NCBI GenBank assembly: GCA_041690595.1
Contig: JAWLHB010000033.1
Coordinates: 1 to 64,000, forward strand
Reading direction: 5' to 3'
Origin: Lentisphaeria bacterium
GTDB lineage: Bacteria; Verrucomicrobiota; Lentisphaeria; JABSQK01; JAWLHB01
DNA: 64,000 nt
Below, one piece after another: positions 40,044 through 49,695 of the stretch. A program made the position numbers and the translations under genes. Position 1 is the first letter of the stretch, and each line of letters opens with the position of its first letter. Under the pieces are notes generated by a model that did no database searches, was not told the DNA's origin, and saw only the letters and a list, made by a program, of their open reading frames with translations.

Positions 40044-42235
40044 AACCTCCAGCCACACAACCTCAGCCTATGCCCTCTACGGCCACTCACGAATCGTCCC
40101 CCTTGGTGACTGTCGTTATCCCCACCCACAATCGGGAAGATCTGATTGTGCCCACCATCGACAGCGTTCGCCGGCAGACCCTTCAGCAGTGGGAGTGCAT
40201 TGTCGTGGACGATGGCTCCACGGACCACACCCGCGAGGTGGTGGAGGCCATCTGCCGGGCGGAACCCCGCCTGCGCTACGTCTGGCAGGAGAACTCCTCG
40301 GCAGCCAATGCCCGCAACCACGGGCTGCGCCTGGCCAACGGCAGGTATATCGTCTTCCTCGACTCCGATGACCTCTTCACTCCCGATCGCCTCGAATGGC
40401 AGGCGGCCGCCCTCGAGGCCGATCCCGGGGCTGTCATCGCTTACGGTGATACCTGGAAGTTCTACCACGACAAACCGCATGACGGCTTCCTTTACCTGGA
40501 TGGAACCACCTCCATGCCTCAGGGTGACGCCTTCGAGGCGCTCATCAGCAACTCCAGCATGTATTCGCCTCTCATCCGCACCGCCGCCATCCGCGAGGCC
40601 GGCGGATTCGATGTCGAGATCGCCTCCGCGGAAGACTGGGACATGTGGCTCACCCTTGCCAGAAAAGGGCGCGTCATCTACGAACCCCGCGTGGCCCTGC
40701 ACTACCGGATCCACAGCGGCAACAAGTCCGCCAACACCCTGCGCAACTACCGCTGCGCCAGCTACGTCGTCAAGAAGCACCTGAAGGACTTGCCCGACAA
40801 GCAGCGGCGGCGCCTCCGCCGACAGGCCCGCGACTACTTCCAGAAAGGCTATACCTATCGCCTCTTCGACCTCAGCCGCGACAGCATCCGCCAGGGACGG
40901 CTCCTCATCGCCGCGCGGGCAGCCGGCACCGCCATCTTCCTCAATCCTGGCACCTGCATGCGCACCCTGGCACTGCAATGGCCGCGCCGCCTCGTCGCCA
41001 AAATCCTCTCCTGGCCGCTCACCCTCATCAATCGCCTGGTCTCTTCCCCCCGCGGCATCCTGCGTCTTACCCACCGTCCCCCCGCCGATACCAGGTCCAG
41101 GCCCTCACCCCTCCCTCCACTCAACGACGTGGCCAGAATCCTCATCATCAGGCAGGACGAAATCGGCGATGTCGTGATGACCTCCGCGCTCCTGCGTGAG
41201 CTGCGGCGGAACGCCCCGGCTGCCGAGATCACCATGGTGGCCAATCCCGTCGCCGCCGCGCTCCTCGAGGCCTGCCCATATATCGATCGCGTCCTGCCAC
41301 TCAAGTGGAACGAGCGCGGCAGAATCGGCCCCATTCGCCGGTGGAGACAGGCACGAGACTTCGCCCGCGAGCACCTGCAGCCACGCGACTTCGACTTGGC
41401 TATTATTCCCCGCTACGACTGTGACGACTACTTTTCCACCGCCCTCGCCTGCCTCAGTGGCGCCACCCATCGCCTCGCCTACAGCGAAGCCGTCACGCCG
41501 CGCAAGCAACGGCGCAACCGCGACTACGATCTCCTCCTCACCCATGCCATGGTCACCTCCAGCGCCCATGATGTCGAGCACAATCTCAACCTCCTGCGGC
41601 AACTGGGCGGACAAGTTCACAACGACCGCCTCGAATTGTGGACCACCGAGGCAGACCAGGCCTTCGCCGCCAATCTCCTCTCCGACCTGGGCATAGACAA
41701 CGATAGCCCCCTCGTCGTCATAGCTCCAGGCGCCGGCGCCGCCAAACGCCAGTGGCCCATCGAACAACTGGCCGAAGTCGCCGCCTGGCTCATGCACGAC
41801 CAGAATGCTCAGGTGATCATCATCGGCGGTCCCGACGAACGCCACCTCGGCCGCGAACTGCGCCGCCAGGCCGGCAATGGCATCATCGATCTGGTCGGTC
41901 ACTGCTCCCTCCGCCAGACCGCCGCCCTCCTGCGTCATTGCAACCTCTATGTTGGCAACGATTCGGGCCCCATGCACATGGCGGTGGCCGCGGGGCTTCC
42001 AATCGTCGAAATCTCCTGCCATCCCGAAGCCGCTTCCCTCCAGCATCCCAATTCCCCCAGTCGCTTCGGTCCATGGCAGGTGCCATGCACGATCCTTCGC
42101 CCACCCGCACCGTTGGCGCCCTGCACCGATGGCTGCGAGGCCGACCGGCCCCACTGCATTCGCCAGATCACGCCCGACCAAGTCAAGCAAGCGGCCCAGG
42201 CTTTCCTGCCGGCGCCGGTTACTCTCCACCGATAA
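40040..42235 (+). CDS. GT2-GT9 (heptosyltransferase-like) fusion glycosyltransferase
   Basis: N-terminal VVIPTHN, VVDDGSTD, FLDSDD and EDWD; C-terminal DEIGDVV, APGAGAAKRQWP and VGNDSGPMHMA. GTGA overlap start. Confidence 0.9.
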   Translation: MKPPATQPQPMPSTATHESSPLVTVVIPTHNREDLIVPTIDSVRRQTLQQWECIVVDDGSTDHTREVVEAICRAEPRLRYVWQENSSAANARNHGLRLANGRYIVFLDSDDLFTPDRLEWQAAALEADPGAVIAYGDTWKFYHDKPHDGFLYLDGTTSMPQGDAFEALISNSSMYSPLIRTAAIREAGGFDVEIASAEDWDMWLTLARKGRVIYEPRVALHYRIHSGNKSANTLRNYRCASYVVKKHLKDLPDKQRRRLRRQARDYFQKGYTYRLFDLSRDSIRQGRLLIAARAAGTAIFLNPGTCMRTLALQWPRRLVAKILSWPLTLINRLVSSPRGILRLTHRPPADTRSRPSPLPPLNDVARILIIRQDEIGDVVMTSALLRELRRNAPAAEITMVANPVAAALLEACPYIDRVLPLKWNERGRIGPIRRWRQARDFAREHLQPRDFDLAIIPRYDCDDYFSTALACLSGATHRLAYSEAVTPRKQRRNRDYDLLLTHAMVTSSAHDVEHNLNLLRQLGGQVHNDRLELWTTEADQAFAANLLSDLGIDNDSPLVVIAPGAGAAKRQWPIEQLAEVAAWLMHDQNAQVIIIGGPDERHLGRELRRQAGNGIIDLVGHCSLRQTAALLRHCNLYVGNDSGPMHMAVAAGLPIVEISCHPEAASLQHPNSPSRFGPWQVPCTILRPPAPLAPCTDGCEADRPHCIRQITPDQVKQAAQAFLPAPVTLHR

Positions 42236-42249
42236 GGAAATCCATCACC

Positions 42250-43374
42250 ATGACCACTGCCACCTCAGCTCCTTCCCGTAGCACCATCGAGCGATACCTG
42301 CGCAAAGAAGCCGACATGCACCTCATGATAGCCAGAATCGCCGGTGAGCGCATCGAACAGGCTGCCGGCGCCATGGCCGACTGCATCATGCAGGGCGGAC
42401 GCATCCTCTTTGTCGCCTTTGGGGACAATCGCGCCGACGTGCGCATCATGGCCAATGTCCTCGCCGAGCGCTTTGCCTGCCGCGAACATCCGCTCCCCGC
42501 CATCGCCGTCGACCCCAGCATCTTCGGCTCCGCCAGTCAGGACCGCGACAGCGACGAAGTCATCGCCACCCAACTCACCGCCCTTGCCGAACCGGGAGAC
42601 CTCGTTGTCGCACTGGCCCGCGACGATGCAAACCGCCATCGCCATGTCGTCGCCGCCGCCCATGACGCCAGACTGCCCATCATTGCCATCGTCGGCAGTG
42701 ACGACAAGGCCCTCATCGACAGTGCCACCATCGCCATCGTCGCCCCCACCTCCGATCCCCGGCGGCTCCGCGAATGCCAGGTCACCATCGGCAACCTCCT
42801 CTGTGACCTTATCGAAGAGAAGTGCCCCGCCCGCTCCCGTGACCAGACCTACCTCACGACGCCGCAACTCTCCGCAAGCAACGGCGCGAACAAGGTCTGC
42901 GACTGGGATACGCTCCTCCCCGACCGCGAAGCATGGCGCCACGCCGGCAAATCCGTCGTCTGGACCAATGGCTGCTTCGACCTCATGCACATCGGCCACG
43001 TCAAGAGCCTCCAGGCCGCCCGCGCTTACGGCGATGTTCTCGTGGTTGGCGTCAACAGCGACGACACCATTCGCCAGCTCAAGGGGCCCGAACGCCCCAT
43101 CATTCCCGCCCATGAGCGGGTGCAGGTCCTCGCCGCCCTCGAATGCGTCGATCGCGTCGTGATCTTTCACGAGATGACTCCCGAGGATTCCCTGCGGCGG
43201 CTCCAGCCCGACGTTCACTGCAAGGGCGAGGACTATGCCCCGCCGCACGGCAAACCCATCCCCGAGGCCGAACTCGTCCACTCCTATGGTGGCCAGGTCA
43301 AATTCATCCCACTCTATCCCTCCGTCTCCACCAGCGATCTCATCGAGCGCGTCCTCAAACGCCGGGCGCTCTGA
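42250..43374 (+). CDS. Degenerate GmhA-like SIS domain fused to an HldC/RfaE-II heptose-1-phosphate adenylyltransferase
   Basis: C-terminal TNGCFDLMHIGH, VGVNSD, KGPERP, KGEDY and STSDLI; N-terminal SIS-like domain (PAIA, PGDLVVAL, LLCDLIE). Confidence 0.85.
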   Translation: MTTATSAPSRSTIERYLRKEADMHLMIARIAGERIEQAAGAMADCIMQGGRILFVAFGDNRADVRIMANVLAERFACREHPLPAIAVDPSIFGSASQDRDSDEVIATQLTALAEPGDLVVALARDDANRHRHVVAAAHDARLPIIAIVGSDDKALIDSATIAIVAPTSDPRRLRECQVTIGNLLCDLIEEKCPARSRDQTYLTTPQLSASNGANKVCDWDTLLPDREAWRHAGKSVVWTNGCFDLMHIGHVKSLQAARAYGDVLVVGVNSDDTIRQLKGPERPIIPAHERVQVLAALECVDRVVIFHEMTPEDSLRRLQPDVHCKGEDYAPPHGKPIPEAELVHSYGGQVKFIPLYPSVSTSDLIERVLKRRAL

Positions 43375-43412
43375 ACCTTGACCATCATCCCCAACCACAT
43401 ACCTGCCAACAC

Positions 43413-44762
43413 ATGAAGAAATCCATTGTCATCTCCGTCGACGATCTGGGCAAGCGCTACGAGCTCGGCTCCACCTTCTCCCATCACGATACTCTGCGCG
43501 ACCAGCTCGTCTCCCGGATCCGTGGACTCCTCCCTGGCGCCCGGAACACCAATGGCAAAGCCAACCTCAAGAACAAACTCGAGGACAAGGATGGATTGCG
43601 CCTTGACGATGACGACAACGGCGAATTCTGGGCCGCCCGCAACATCTCCTTCGATGTCGAACAGGGCGAAGTGGTCGGTATCATCGGCCGCAACGGCGCC
43701 GGCAAGAGCACCCTGCTCAAACTGCTCAGCCGCATCACCGAACCCACCACCGGCGAGATCCGCCTCCGCGGCAGAGTCGCCAGCCTCCTCGAAGTCGGCA
43801 CCGGCTTCCACCCCGAACTCACCGGAAGAGAGAACATCTTCCTCAATGGCGCCATCCTCGGCATGAGCAGACAGGAGATCATCCGCAAATTCGACGAGAT
43901 CGTCGACTTCTCCGGCGTCTCCAAGTTCATCGACACCCCCGTCAAGCGCTACTCCAGCGGCATGTACGTTCGTCTCGCCTTTGCCGTCGCCGCCCATCTC
44001 GAACCCGAGATCCTCGTCGTCGACGAAGTCCTCGCCGTCGGCGATGCCGGATTCCAGCAGAAATGTCTCGCCAAGATGGACGACGTCGCCAACCAGGGAC
44101 GCACCGTCCTCTTCGTCAGCCACAACATGGCCGCCATCCGCAACCTCTGCAGCCGCGGCATCTGCCTCGACAAGGGACAGGTCGTCGCCGACACCGACGT
44201 CAACTCCGCCATCGAGACCTTCATGAGCACCATGGCGGGCGATGCCCAGACCAGCCTCCGCAACCGCACCGACCGCAAGGGCAAAGGCGAAGTCCGCTTC
44301 ACCCAGATCCGCTACGAGACCGACAATGGCCGCCCCATCGACTATGGCACCTCCGGCCAGCCCCTCATCATCGCCTTCGACTACGAGTCCAGCCTCAGCC
44401 ACCTCAAGAACGTCCGGCTGAGCCTGACCGTCAACAACCACATGGGCGAACTCTATTTTCCCTGCGTCAGCTCCGTCTCCGAATCCGGCATGCTCAACGC
44501 CCCCCCCAACGGCACCTTCCGCTGCCGCATCGACAATCTCCCTCTCTCCGGTGGCCGCTATCTCCTCAATGTCTTCCTCGAAGTGAACAAAGAGGTGCAG
44601 GACCACGTGCTGGCCGCCGCGGTCCTCCCCGTGCAGGATGGCGACTTCTTCGGCACCGGCAAGATCTACAGCCCCGGCTGGCAGGGCCGTGGCGTACTTG
44701 TCCCTTACCGTTGGCACGTTGGCGAGCCACGTGCGCTTGCCCGAACCAGCAGCTTCGAATGA
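43413..44762 (+). CDS. wzt: Polysaccharide ABC exporter ATPase with a Wzt C-terminal domain
   Basis: GRNGAGKST, YSSGMYVRLAF, VDEVLAVGD and FVSHN motifs; C-terminal beta-sandwich. Confidence 0.94.
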   Translation: MKKSIVISVDDLGKRYELGSTFSHHDTLRDQLVSRIRGLLPGARNTNGKANLKNKLEDKDGLRLDDDDNGEFWAARNISFDVEQGEVVGIIGRNGAGKSTLLKLLSRITEPTTGEIRLRGRVASLLEVGTGFHPELTGRENIFLNGAILGMSRQEIIRKFDEIVDFSGVSKFIDTPVKRYSSGMYVRLAFAVAAHLEPEILVVDEVLAVGDAGFQQKCLAKMDDVANQGRTVLFVSHNMAAIRNLCSRGICLDKGQVVADTDVNSAIETFMSTMAGDAQTSLRNRTDRKGKGEVRFTQIRYETDNGRPIDYGTSGQPLIIAFDYESSLSHLKNVRLSLTVNNHMGELYFPCVSSVSESGMLNAPPNGTFRCRIDNLPLSGGRYLLNVFLEVNKEVQDHVLAAAVLPVQDGDFFGTGKIYSPGWQGRGVLVPYRWHVGEPRALARTSSFE

Positions 44763-44777
44763 ACCCGAGGATCCATC

Positions 44778-45794
44778 ATGAATGATATCATATATACCCC
44801 CGAGATTCTCCGCCAGCTACCCGCACCGCCCGCCGACGCTACCGGATGGCCATGGACATGCAAGCAACAGCTCAGTCAAGAGCATGACGACCATGAACCT
44901 GAAAAGTGGCCCCGCCTGACCGTCGTCACCCCCAGCTACAACCAGGGCCAGTTCCTCGAACAGACCATCCGCTCCGTCCTTCTCCAGGAGTATCCCAATC
45001 TCCACTACGTCATCATCGACGGCGGCAGCGACGATGATTCCGTCGAGGTCATCAGAAAATACGAACCCTGGATCGACTACTGGGTCTCCGAACGCGATCG
45101 CGGGCAATCCCATGCCATCAACAAAGGCTTCGACCTGGCCGAGGGCGAGATCCTCTGCTGGCTCAACAGCGATGACCTTTTCCTGCCCGGCACACTCCGA
45201 CGCGTCGCACGATGCTTCATGCGCAGCGGCTGCGACATCCTCAGCGGCCATACCCTCGAAGTCGGCCACCATGCCCAGACGCTCTTTGAGGCTCAGCCAT
45301 GCACCGTCGACAGACTGCTCGACAAAATGCGCATCTGTTCCGCCCAGCAGTCCACCTTCTGGACCCGCCAGGTCTGGGAAGAATGCGGCCCCCTCACCGA
45401 AGATCTCCATTACGCCATGGACTTCGACCTCTGGCTGCGCATGGCCGCCGCCAACTTCGAATGGCGTCTCATCGACGAGACCATCGCCATCTTCCGCCGC
45501 CACGAACAGCAGAAAACCGTCACCTCCTATCAGAGCCGCATCGAAGCCCACGAGATCGTCCTCCGCTTCGCCAGATCCCGCTTCTACCAGCCCGAACGCC
45601 ACCACGATTCCGTCCATCGCGCCCTCTGGGTCGAAGGATGGCTCGAATACGCGCACGCCCAGCACTATACCGCCAGCAAGAAGCTTCCCTACTGGCTCCA
45701 TTGGGCTACGCTTCCCTTCCGCAATTGGCGATGCCTCTGGGCTCCCCGCTACTACCCGCGCGTCGTTCGCCGCCTCGCCGGGGACCTGCGATAG
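44778..45794 (+). CDS. Family 2 glycosyltransferase
   Basis: GWPW, VVTPSYNQGQF, IDGGSDD, GQSHAINKG, WLNSDD and MDFDLWLR motifs. Confidence 0.92.
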   Translation: MNDIIYTPEILRQLPAPPADATGWPWTCKQQLSQEHDDHEPEKWPRLTVVTPSYNQGQFLEQTIRSVLLQEYPNLHYVIIDGGSDDDSVEVIRKYEPWIDYWVSERDRGQSHAINKGFDLAEGEILCWLNSDDLFLPGTLRRVARCFMRSGCDILSGHTLEVGHHAQTLFEAQPCTVDRLLDKMRICSAQQSTFWTRQVWEECGPLTEDLHYAMDFDLWLRMAAANFEWRLIDETIAIFRRHEQQKTVTSYQSRIEAHEIVLRFARSRFYQPERHHDSVHRALWVEGWLEYAHAQHYTASKKLPYWLHWATLPFRNWRCLWAPRYYPRVVRRLAGDLR

Positions 45795-45800
45795 ACACGC

Positions 45801-47246
45801 TCAACCCTTGATGCACCCAAGCGGCCGGAGCTGCGCGACCTTGCGCGAGATCCCGGCTCCCTCGCAGGTGTCCACCACTTCCGTGACATCCTTGTAAGCC
45901 TCGGAGATCTCTTCGTGCATCGTACGGGAGCTGCTCGCGCGTACCACGATGCCGCGGCGCGCCAGCTCCTGCTGGATCTCTCGCCCCTGGCTCGACTTCT
46001 TCGCCTGAGTTCGGCTCATCGCGCGTCCCGCGCCATGGCACGTGGAACCGAAAGTATTCCGCATGGCCCCTTCGGCCCCCGTCAGGACGTACGAATAGCG
46101 CCCCATGTCCCCCGGGATGAGCACCGGCTGCCCCACTTGGCGATACCGCTCCGGCACATCCGCGTGCCCCGGACCGAAAGCCCGCGTCGCCCCCTTCCGG
46201 TGGACGCAGAGTTCCCGCTCCTTCCCATCGACAACATGCCGCTCCATCTTGGCAATGTTATGCGCAACCTCGTACACCGTGCGCAACGCTACGGTGCGCC
46301 GATCGATCCCAAGGGCGTCCACGAAAGCCTGCCGCGTCCATTCCGCAATCACCTGCCGATTCGCAAACGCGTAGTTGATGCCACAGTTCATCGCGCCAAA
46401 GTAGTGCTCACCCTCCGGCGAGGCTATCGGCGCGCAGCAGAGCTGACGATCCGGCAGCTCGATCCCGTACTTCCGGCAGGCGCGATTCATCGTCGCAATC
46501 GAGTCATCGCAGATCTGGTAACCGAAGCCCCGCGATCCGCAGTGGATGATTGCCGTCACCTGCCCGATCGCCAGCCCGAAGGCCGCGGCGGCTTCATCGT
46601 CATAGATCTCGTGCACATAACCGACCTCCAGAAAATGATTCCCCGAGCCCAGGGTTCCCATCTGGAACTGGCCGCGCTCAAAAGCCTTCGCACTCACCGC
46701 CCCCGGTTCCGCCCCACCGACGCAGCCCCCCTCCTCGATGAAACCCAACTCCTCCTCATCGCCATAGCCATTGGCGATGGCCCACCCGGCGCCGCCATGC
46801 ACGATCTCACGCTGTTGCCGGCCATCCAGCGTCAGCCGCCCCTTCACCCCCACCCCCGTCGGCACACGCTCAAAAAGCGTATCCACCAGCCGCGACAGCC
46901 GCGGCCGCACCTCGTCCACGCTCAAACCCGATGCCATCAGGCGAACGCCGCAGTTGATGTCATAACCCACGCCTCCCGGCGAAACCACCCCGGTCGCCGG
47001 ATCGAAAGCCGCCACCCCGCCAATTGAAAAACCATAGCCCCAGTGGCAGTCAGGCATCGCCAGAGACGCTTTCACAATGCCCGGAAGGTGCGCCACATTC
47101 ATCACCTGCTGTGGCGCATTGTCGGAGCGGATCGCCTCCATCATCTCCGCCGTCGCATAGATGCGTCCGGGCACCTGCATACCCCCTTCGCGGGGTATTT
47201 CCCACATGAACTCGGTCTTTTGCTGCAGCTTGATCCGTTCTGCCAT
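45801..47246 (-). CDS. rtcB: RNA 3'-phosphate/5'-OH ligase
   Basis: MPDCHWGYGF, GYDINCG, GTLGSGNHF, HCGSRG, HNIAK, HRKGAT, PGDMG, CHGAGR and EAYKD motifs. Confidence 0.96.
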   Translation of the reverse strand: MAERIKLQQKTEFMWEIPREGGMQVPGRIYATAEMMEAIRSDNAPQQVMNVAHLPGIVKASLAMPDCHWGYGFSIGGVAAFDPATGVVSPGGVGYDINCGVRLMASGLSVDEVRPRLSRLVDTLFERVPTGVGVKGRLTLDGRQQREIVHGGAGWAIANGYGDEEELGFIEEGGCVGGAEPGAVSAKAFERGQFQMGTLGSGNHFLEVGYVHEIYDDEAAAAFGLAIGQVTAIIHCGSRGFGYQICDDSIATMNRACRKYGIELPDRQLCCAPIASPEGEHYFGAMNCGINYAFANRQVIAEWTRQAFVDALGIDRRTVALRTVYEVAHNIAKMERHVVDGKERELCVHRKGATRAFGPGHADVPERYRQVGQPVLIPGDMGRYSYVLTGAEGAMRNTFGSTCHGAGRAMSRTQAKKSSQGREIQQELARRGIVVRASSSRTMHEEISEAYKDVTEVVDTCEGAGISRKVAQLRPLGCIKG

Positions 47247-47274
47247 GGTCGGGCGGGGGTAGAGGTTACTGCGC

Positions 47275-47691
47275 CTACAGATCGAAGATCACCTGGGCAC
47301 GCCAGCCGCTGGGAAGATGCTCCACCTTCAGCTCATGCCAGGTGACCGCCTTTACTTCAGTATAGATCATGTGACGCTCGAAATCGATCTTTTCGCCATG
47401 CACCATCGCCTTCACCCTCGTCGGCGAGCATTCCGAGAAGCTATAACTCACGTACAGTTCTTCACGAACAATGGAGCGATAGTTCAACTCGCTCAGCCAG
47501 CCGTGCACAAGCTCCTCCACCCCTCCCGCCGTCAGCTCCAGCGGTGCACTCTCCTTGGGCAGAACCTCCCCCATCTCCGCAATGATGGAAAACATCCCCG
47601 CGGCCGCATTCGCCAGCAGCTCCCCCAGCGTCTGCCCATAGGCGATGATCCCCACATCCGCCGTATGCTCCATGATCTCGAAAGTCATCAT
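47275..47691 (-). CDS. Archease
   Basis: EHTADVG at the N-terminus, EVKAVTWH, and C-terminal VIFDL. Confidence 0.93.
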   Translation of the reverse strand: MMTFEIMEHTADVGIIAYGQTLGELLANAAAGMFSIIAEMGEVLPKESAPLELTAGGVEELVHGWLSELNYRSIVREELYVSYSFSECSPTRVKAMVHGEKIDFERHMIYTEVKAVTWHELKVEHLPSGWRAQVIFDL

Positions 47692-47754
47692 CCCCAAACC
47701 TATCCCTCTTCTCCCCTCCATTCAAACCTCCGCCACGCCAGCCACACCAGTTCT

Positions 47755-48119
47755 GCCACAGAGATCTCAGAGCTCCCAGAGGAAAAGACTACAACTATAA
47801 GGCGTTCTCGCGCACCTTGGGCACGCCAAACGCCACTCGCCGAAGTGCACCGGCGTTGGCCGTTGCCACTCCCCGACGCCTGGCCCACATCATTATCCCT
47901 TCACGGTCATGTCTCCGTCCTTCCTGCCCCCCCCGTGCGGCGAGTCTTTGCGCTCCCTGCGCTCTTTGTGGTCAATTCCCTGAGCTGCTTGCGAATGTTC
48001 TAACCGAATCTTGGCGCTCTCTGCGCTCTTTGCGGTTAATCCTCTCAGCTGCTTTTCATAAGCTGCCGACCACCACACCGCCACATCTCCGTGTCTCCGT
48101 GCCTCCGTGGTTCATACCC
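47755..48119. repeat. Cluster of four 8/9-bp-period repeat units, one inverted
   Basis: 47755 GCCACAGAG ATCTCAGAG CTCCCAGAG (inverted); 47946 CTTTGCGCT CCCTGCGCT CTTTGTGGT CAATTCCC; 48010 CTTGGCGCT CTCTGCGCT CTTTGCGGT TAATCCT; 48087 CTCCGTGT CTCCGTGC CTCCGTGG TTCATACCC. Confidence 0.8.
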
Positions 48120-48142
48120 TTCTATCCCTCCCTCGACTCACG

Positions 48143-48607
48143 CTACGGTGCCTCTGTGGAAGCTGGTTTCTCCTTCAAGCTGTCCAAGTACCTCTGTTCC
48201 ATTTTTCGAACGTACTCAACATTATACCAGACGATAATCCTGTTTTCCGGCTCGAACCAATACTCCAAACCACCTTTCATGTCACATAGGACTTGCAGCA
48301 AATGTTCCACTGAAGTGGGCCCATGCACCAGAAAGAACTCATACTCTCCCTCCCAACCTTTTATTGGCAAGAGAGCTGCATCTGGCGCTACATAGATCTT
48401 GATATTGGCTTCTGGATAGACCTTGTTAAAACACTCCTGCATAGCCGCTAGCTTAACTGCGAGTGGCTCAGTTGGAGTCGTTTCCCAAAATGCGATCCGA
48501 CAATACGCCATTAAATGCGTAGACAATCCAAAATCCTTAAGCTCCTCCGCATGGCAACTGAACATAAGATTAATGAGTAAAGCCGGTAAAAGGAAAAAAC
48601 TTCTCAT
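48143..48607 (-). CDS. Hypothetical secreted protein, possible STN/secretin-N0-like domain
   Basis: AAGGAG RBS, signal peptide, SVEHLLQVLCDMKGGLEYWFEPENRIIV; lower GC. Confidence 0.7.
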   Translation of the reverse strand: MRSFFLLPALLINLMFSCHAEELKDFGLSTHLMAYCRIAFWETTPTEPLAVKLAAMQECFNKVYPEANIKIYVAPDAALLPIKGWEGEYEFFLVHGPTSVEHLLQVLCDMKGGLEYWFEPENRIIVWYNVEYVRKMEQRYLDSLKEKPASTEAP

Positions 48608-48721
48608 GAAAGCTCCTTGTATGTGAAGGTACCCTTACCAGATTCTTGGTTCATAGGTATTTTCGCCCTTTGTCAAGCAAGTAGTCGGTAAAGGGCTAAG
48701 AGCTTGTACCTCACATCCCTC

Positions 48722-48761
48722 GCCAACCTTTATGCCCTTCAAGCTCTTCATGGTCCATCCC
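48722..48761. repeat. About 40-bp direct repeat, copy 1
   Basis: GCCAACCTTTATGCCCTTCAAGCTCTTCATGGTCCATCCC; 3 mismatches and 1 gap versus 49591-49631. Confidence 0.85.
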
Positions 48762-48802
48762 TATGCCCCCCAACCGTCGCAGGGCAAGCCAAGCTCTTGC
48801 AG

Positions 48803-49405
48803 TCACCTGTCCCTGAGACGCCTGACTGCCGGAATCTCGGCGACGCCTTCTTCCTCTATTGCGTTCATGACCAATTCCGCCAACCCCGCACTCGACGCGT
48901 TGGAAATGTGCCCTGCGCCCTTGTAGGACTTCGGATCCTCCTCCGGTAGCAGACCAAAGACGCAGTAATCGAGCTCGCGTTCCATGCTCAAACCAAAGAC
49001 GTACGTCTCGTCATCTGAGGAGACAACGGCTTTCACCATAAAATGCACATTAAAATGCTCAACTCCGTGCAGATAATGGTCCCAAGATTGCGTCGATTGC
49101 AGCTCGACCACAAAATCCGTTATCCGCTCTCTGTCAGTGACAACAATCTCTTTCCCTATCGTGAACACATCGTCCCGCCCATAGAAGATCGGTCCCAAAC
49201 GAACTTGGTCGATCGTCTCAGCGTCGACAGCCAGCCACTCGTCATGTATGGCTTTTTTCCTTTGCGACGAAATGCATCCTTCCCATCCTGCAAAGACGAT
49301 ATGCGCCAGCATGGCGAGGAAAACCAACACGAAGATGACAACGACGGTGCGTCTCGACCTGCCTGTCCCTGGAATGGAAGTTTTGCTGGTGCTGCTGCGC
49401 ATCAT
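48803..49405 (-). CDS. Hypothetical single-TM protein
   Basis: RRTVVVIFVLVFLAMLAHIVF anchor; start moved downstream of the predicted promoter. Confidence 0.7.
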   Translation of the reverse strand: MMRSSTSKTSIPGTGRSRRTVVVIFVLVFLAMLAHIVFAGWEGCISSQRKKAIHDEWLAVDAETIDQVRLGPIFYGRDDVFTIGKEIVVTDRERITDFVVELQSTQSWDHYLHGVEHFNVHFMVKAVVSSDDETYVFGLSMERELDYCVFGLLPEEDPKSYKGAGHISNASSAGLAELVMNAIEEEGVAEIPAVRRLRDR

Positions 49406-49469
49406 ATTCTCGCTGCCAGGTGTTGACGCTTCACTCCCGCTGCTCTTTGGATGTTCGGCTATGGCAGGC

Positions 49470-49499
49470 AATATGCCCATCCCTTCCGCTCTTTGTCAA
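49470..49499 (-). promoter_or_regulatory. Sigma-70-like promoter
   Basis: TTGACA-N18-CATATT on the minus strand; a near-identical TGCTTGACAAAGRGCGRAA motif also lies at 48661-48679. Confidence 0.6.
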
Positions 49500-49590
49500 G
49501 CATTCGAAACCATGGATCCTTGGATCGCCATCATCTTCCTCCAGCAGGCCACTGAAAACAACCCGCAGCCGCGATGCGGAACTGGCCCCG

Positions 49591-49631
49591 GCCAACCTTC
49601 ATGCCCTTCCTGCTCTTCATGGTCCAATCCC
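49591..49631. repeat. About 40-bp direct repeat, copy 2
   Basis: GCCAACCTTCATGCCCTTCCTGCTCTTCATGGTCCAATCCC. Confidence 0.85.
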
Positions 49632-49695
49632 GCCGCTCCTCCGCCTCTTCGCCTCCACACCTCAGGTGGCATGACCAGAATCGTTCAATATGCAC

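Noticed and set aside
47946..49631. CRISPR array
   Set aside because: The repeats are degenerate, internally periodic and irregularly spaced by whole genes; no cas genes
48608..49695. Integron attC sites in the island spacers
   Set aside because: GTTGGC resembles a core site, but there is no matching RYYYAAC near the stop codons, no attC-type palindrome and no integrase
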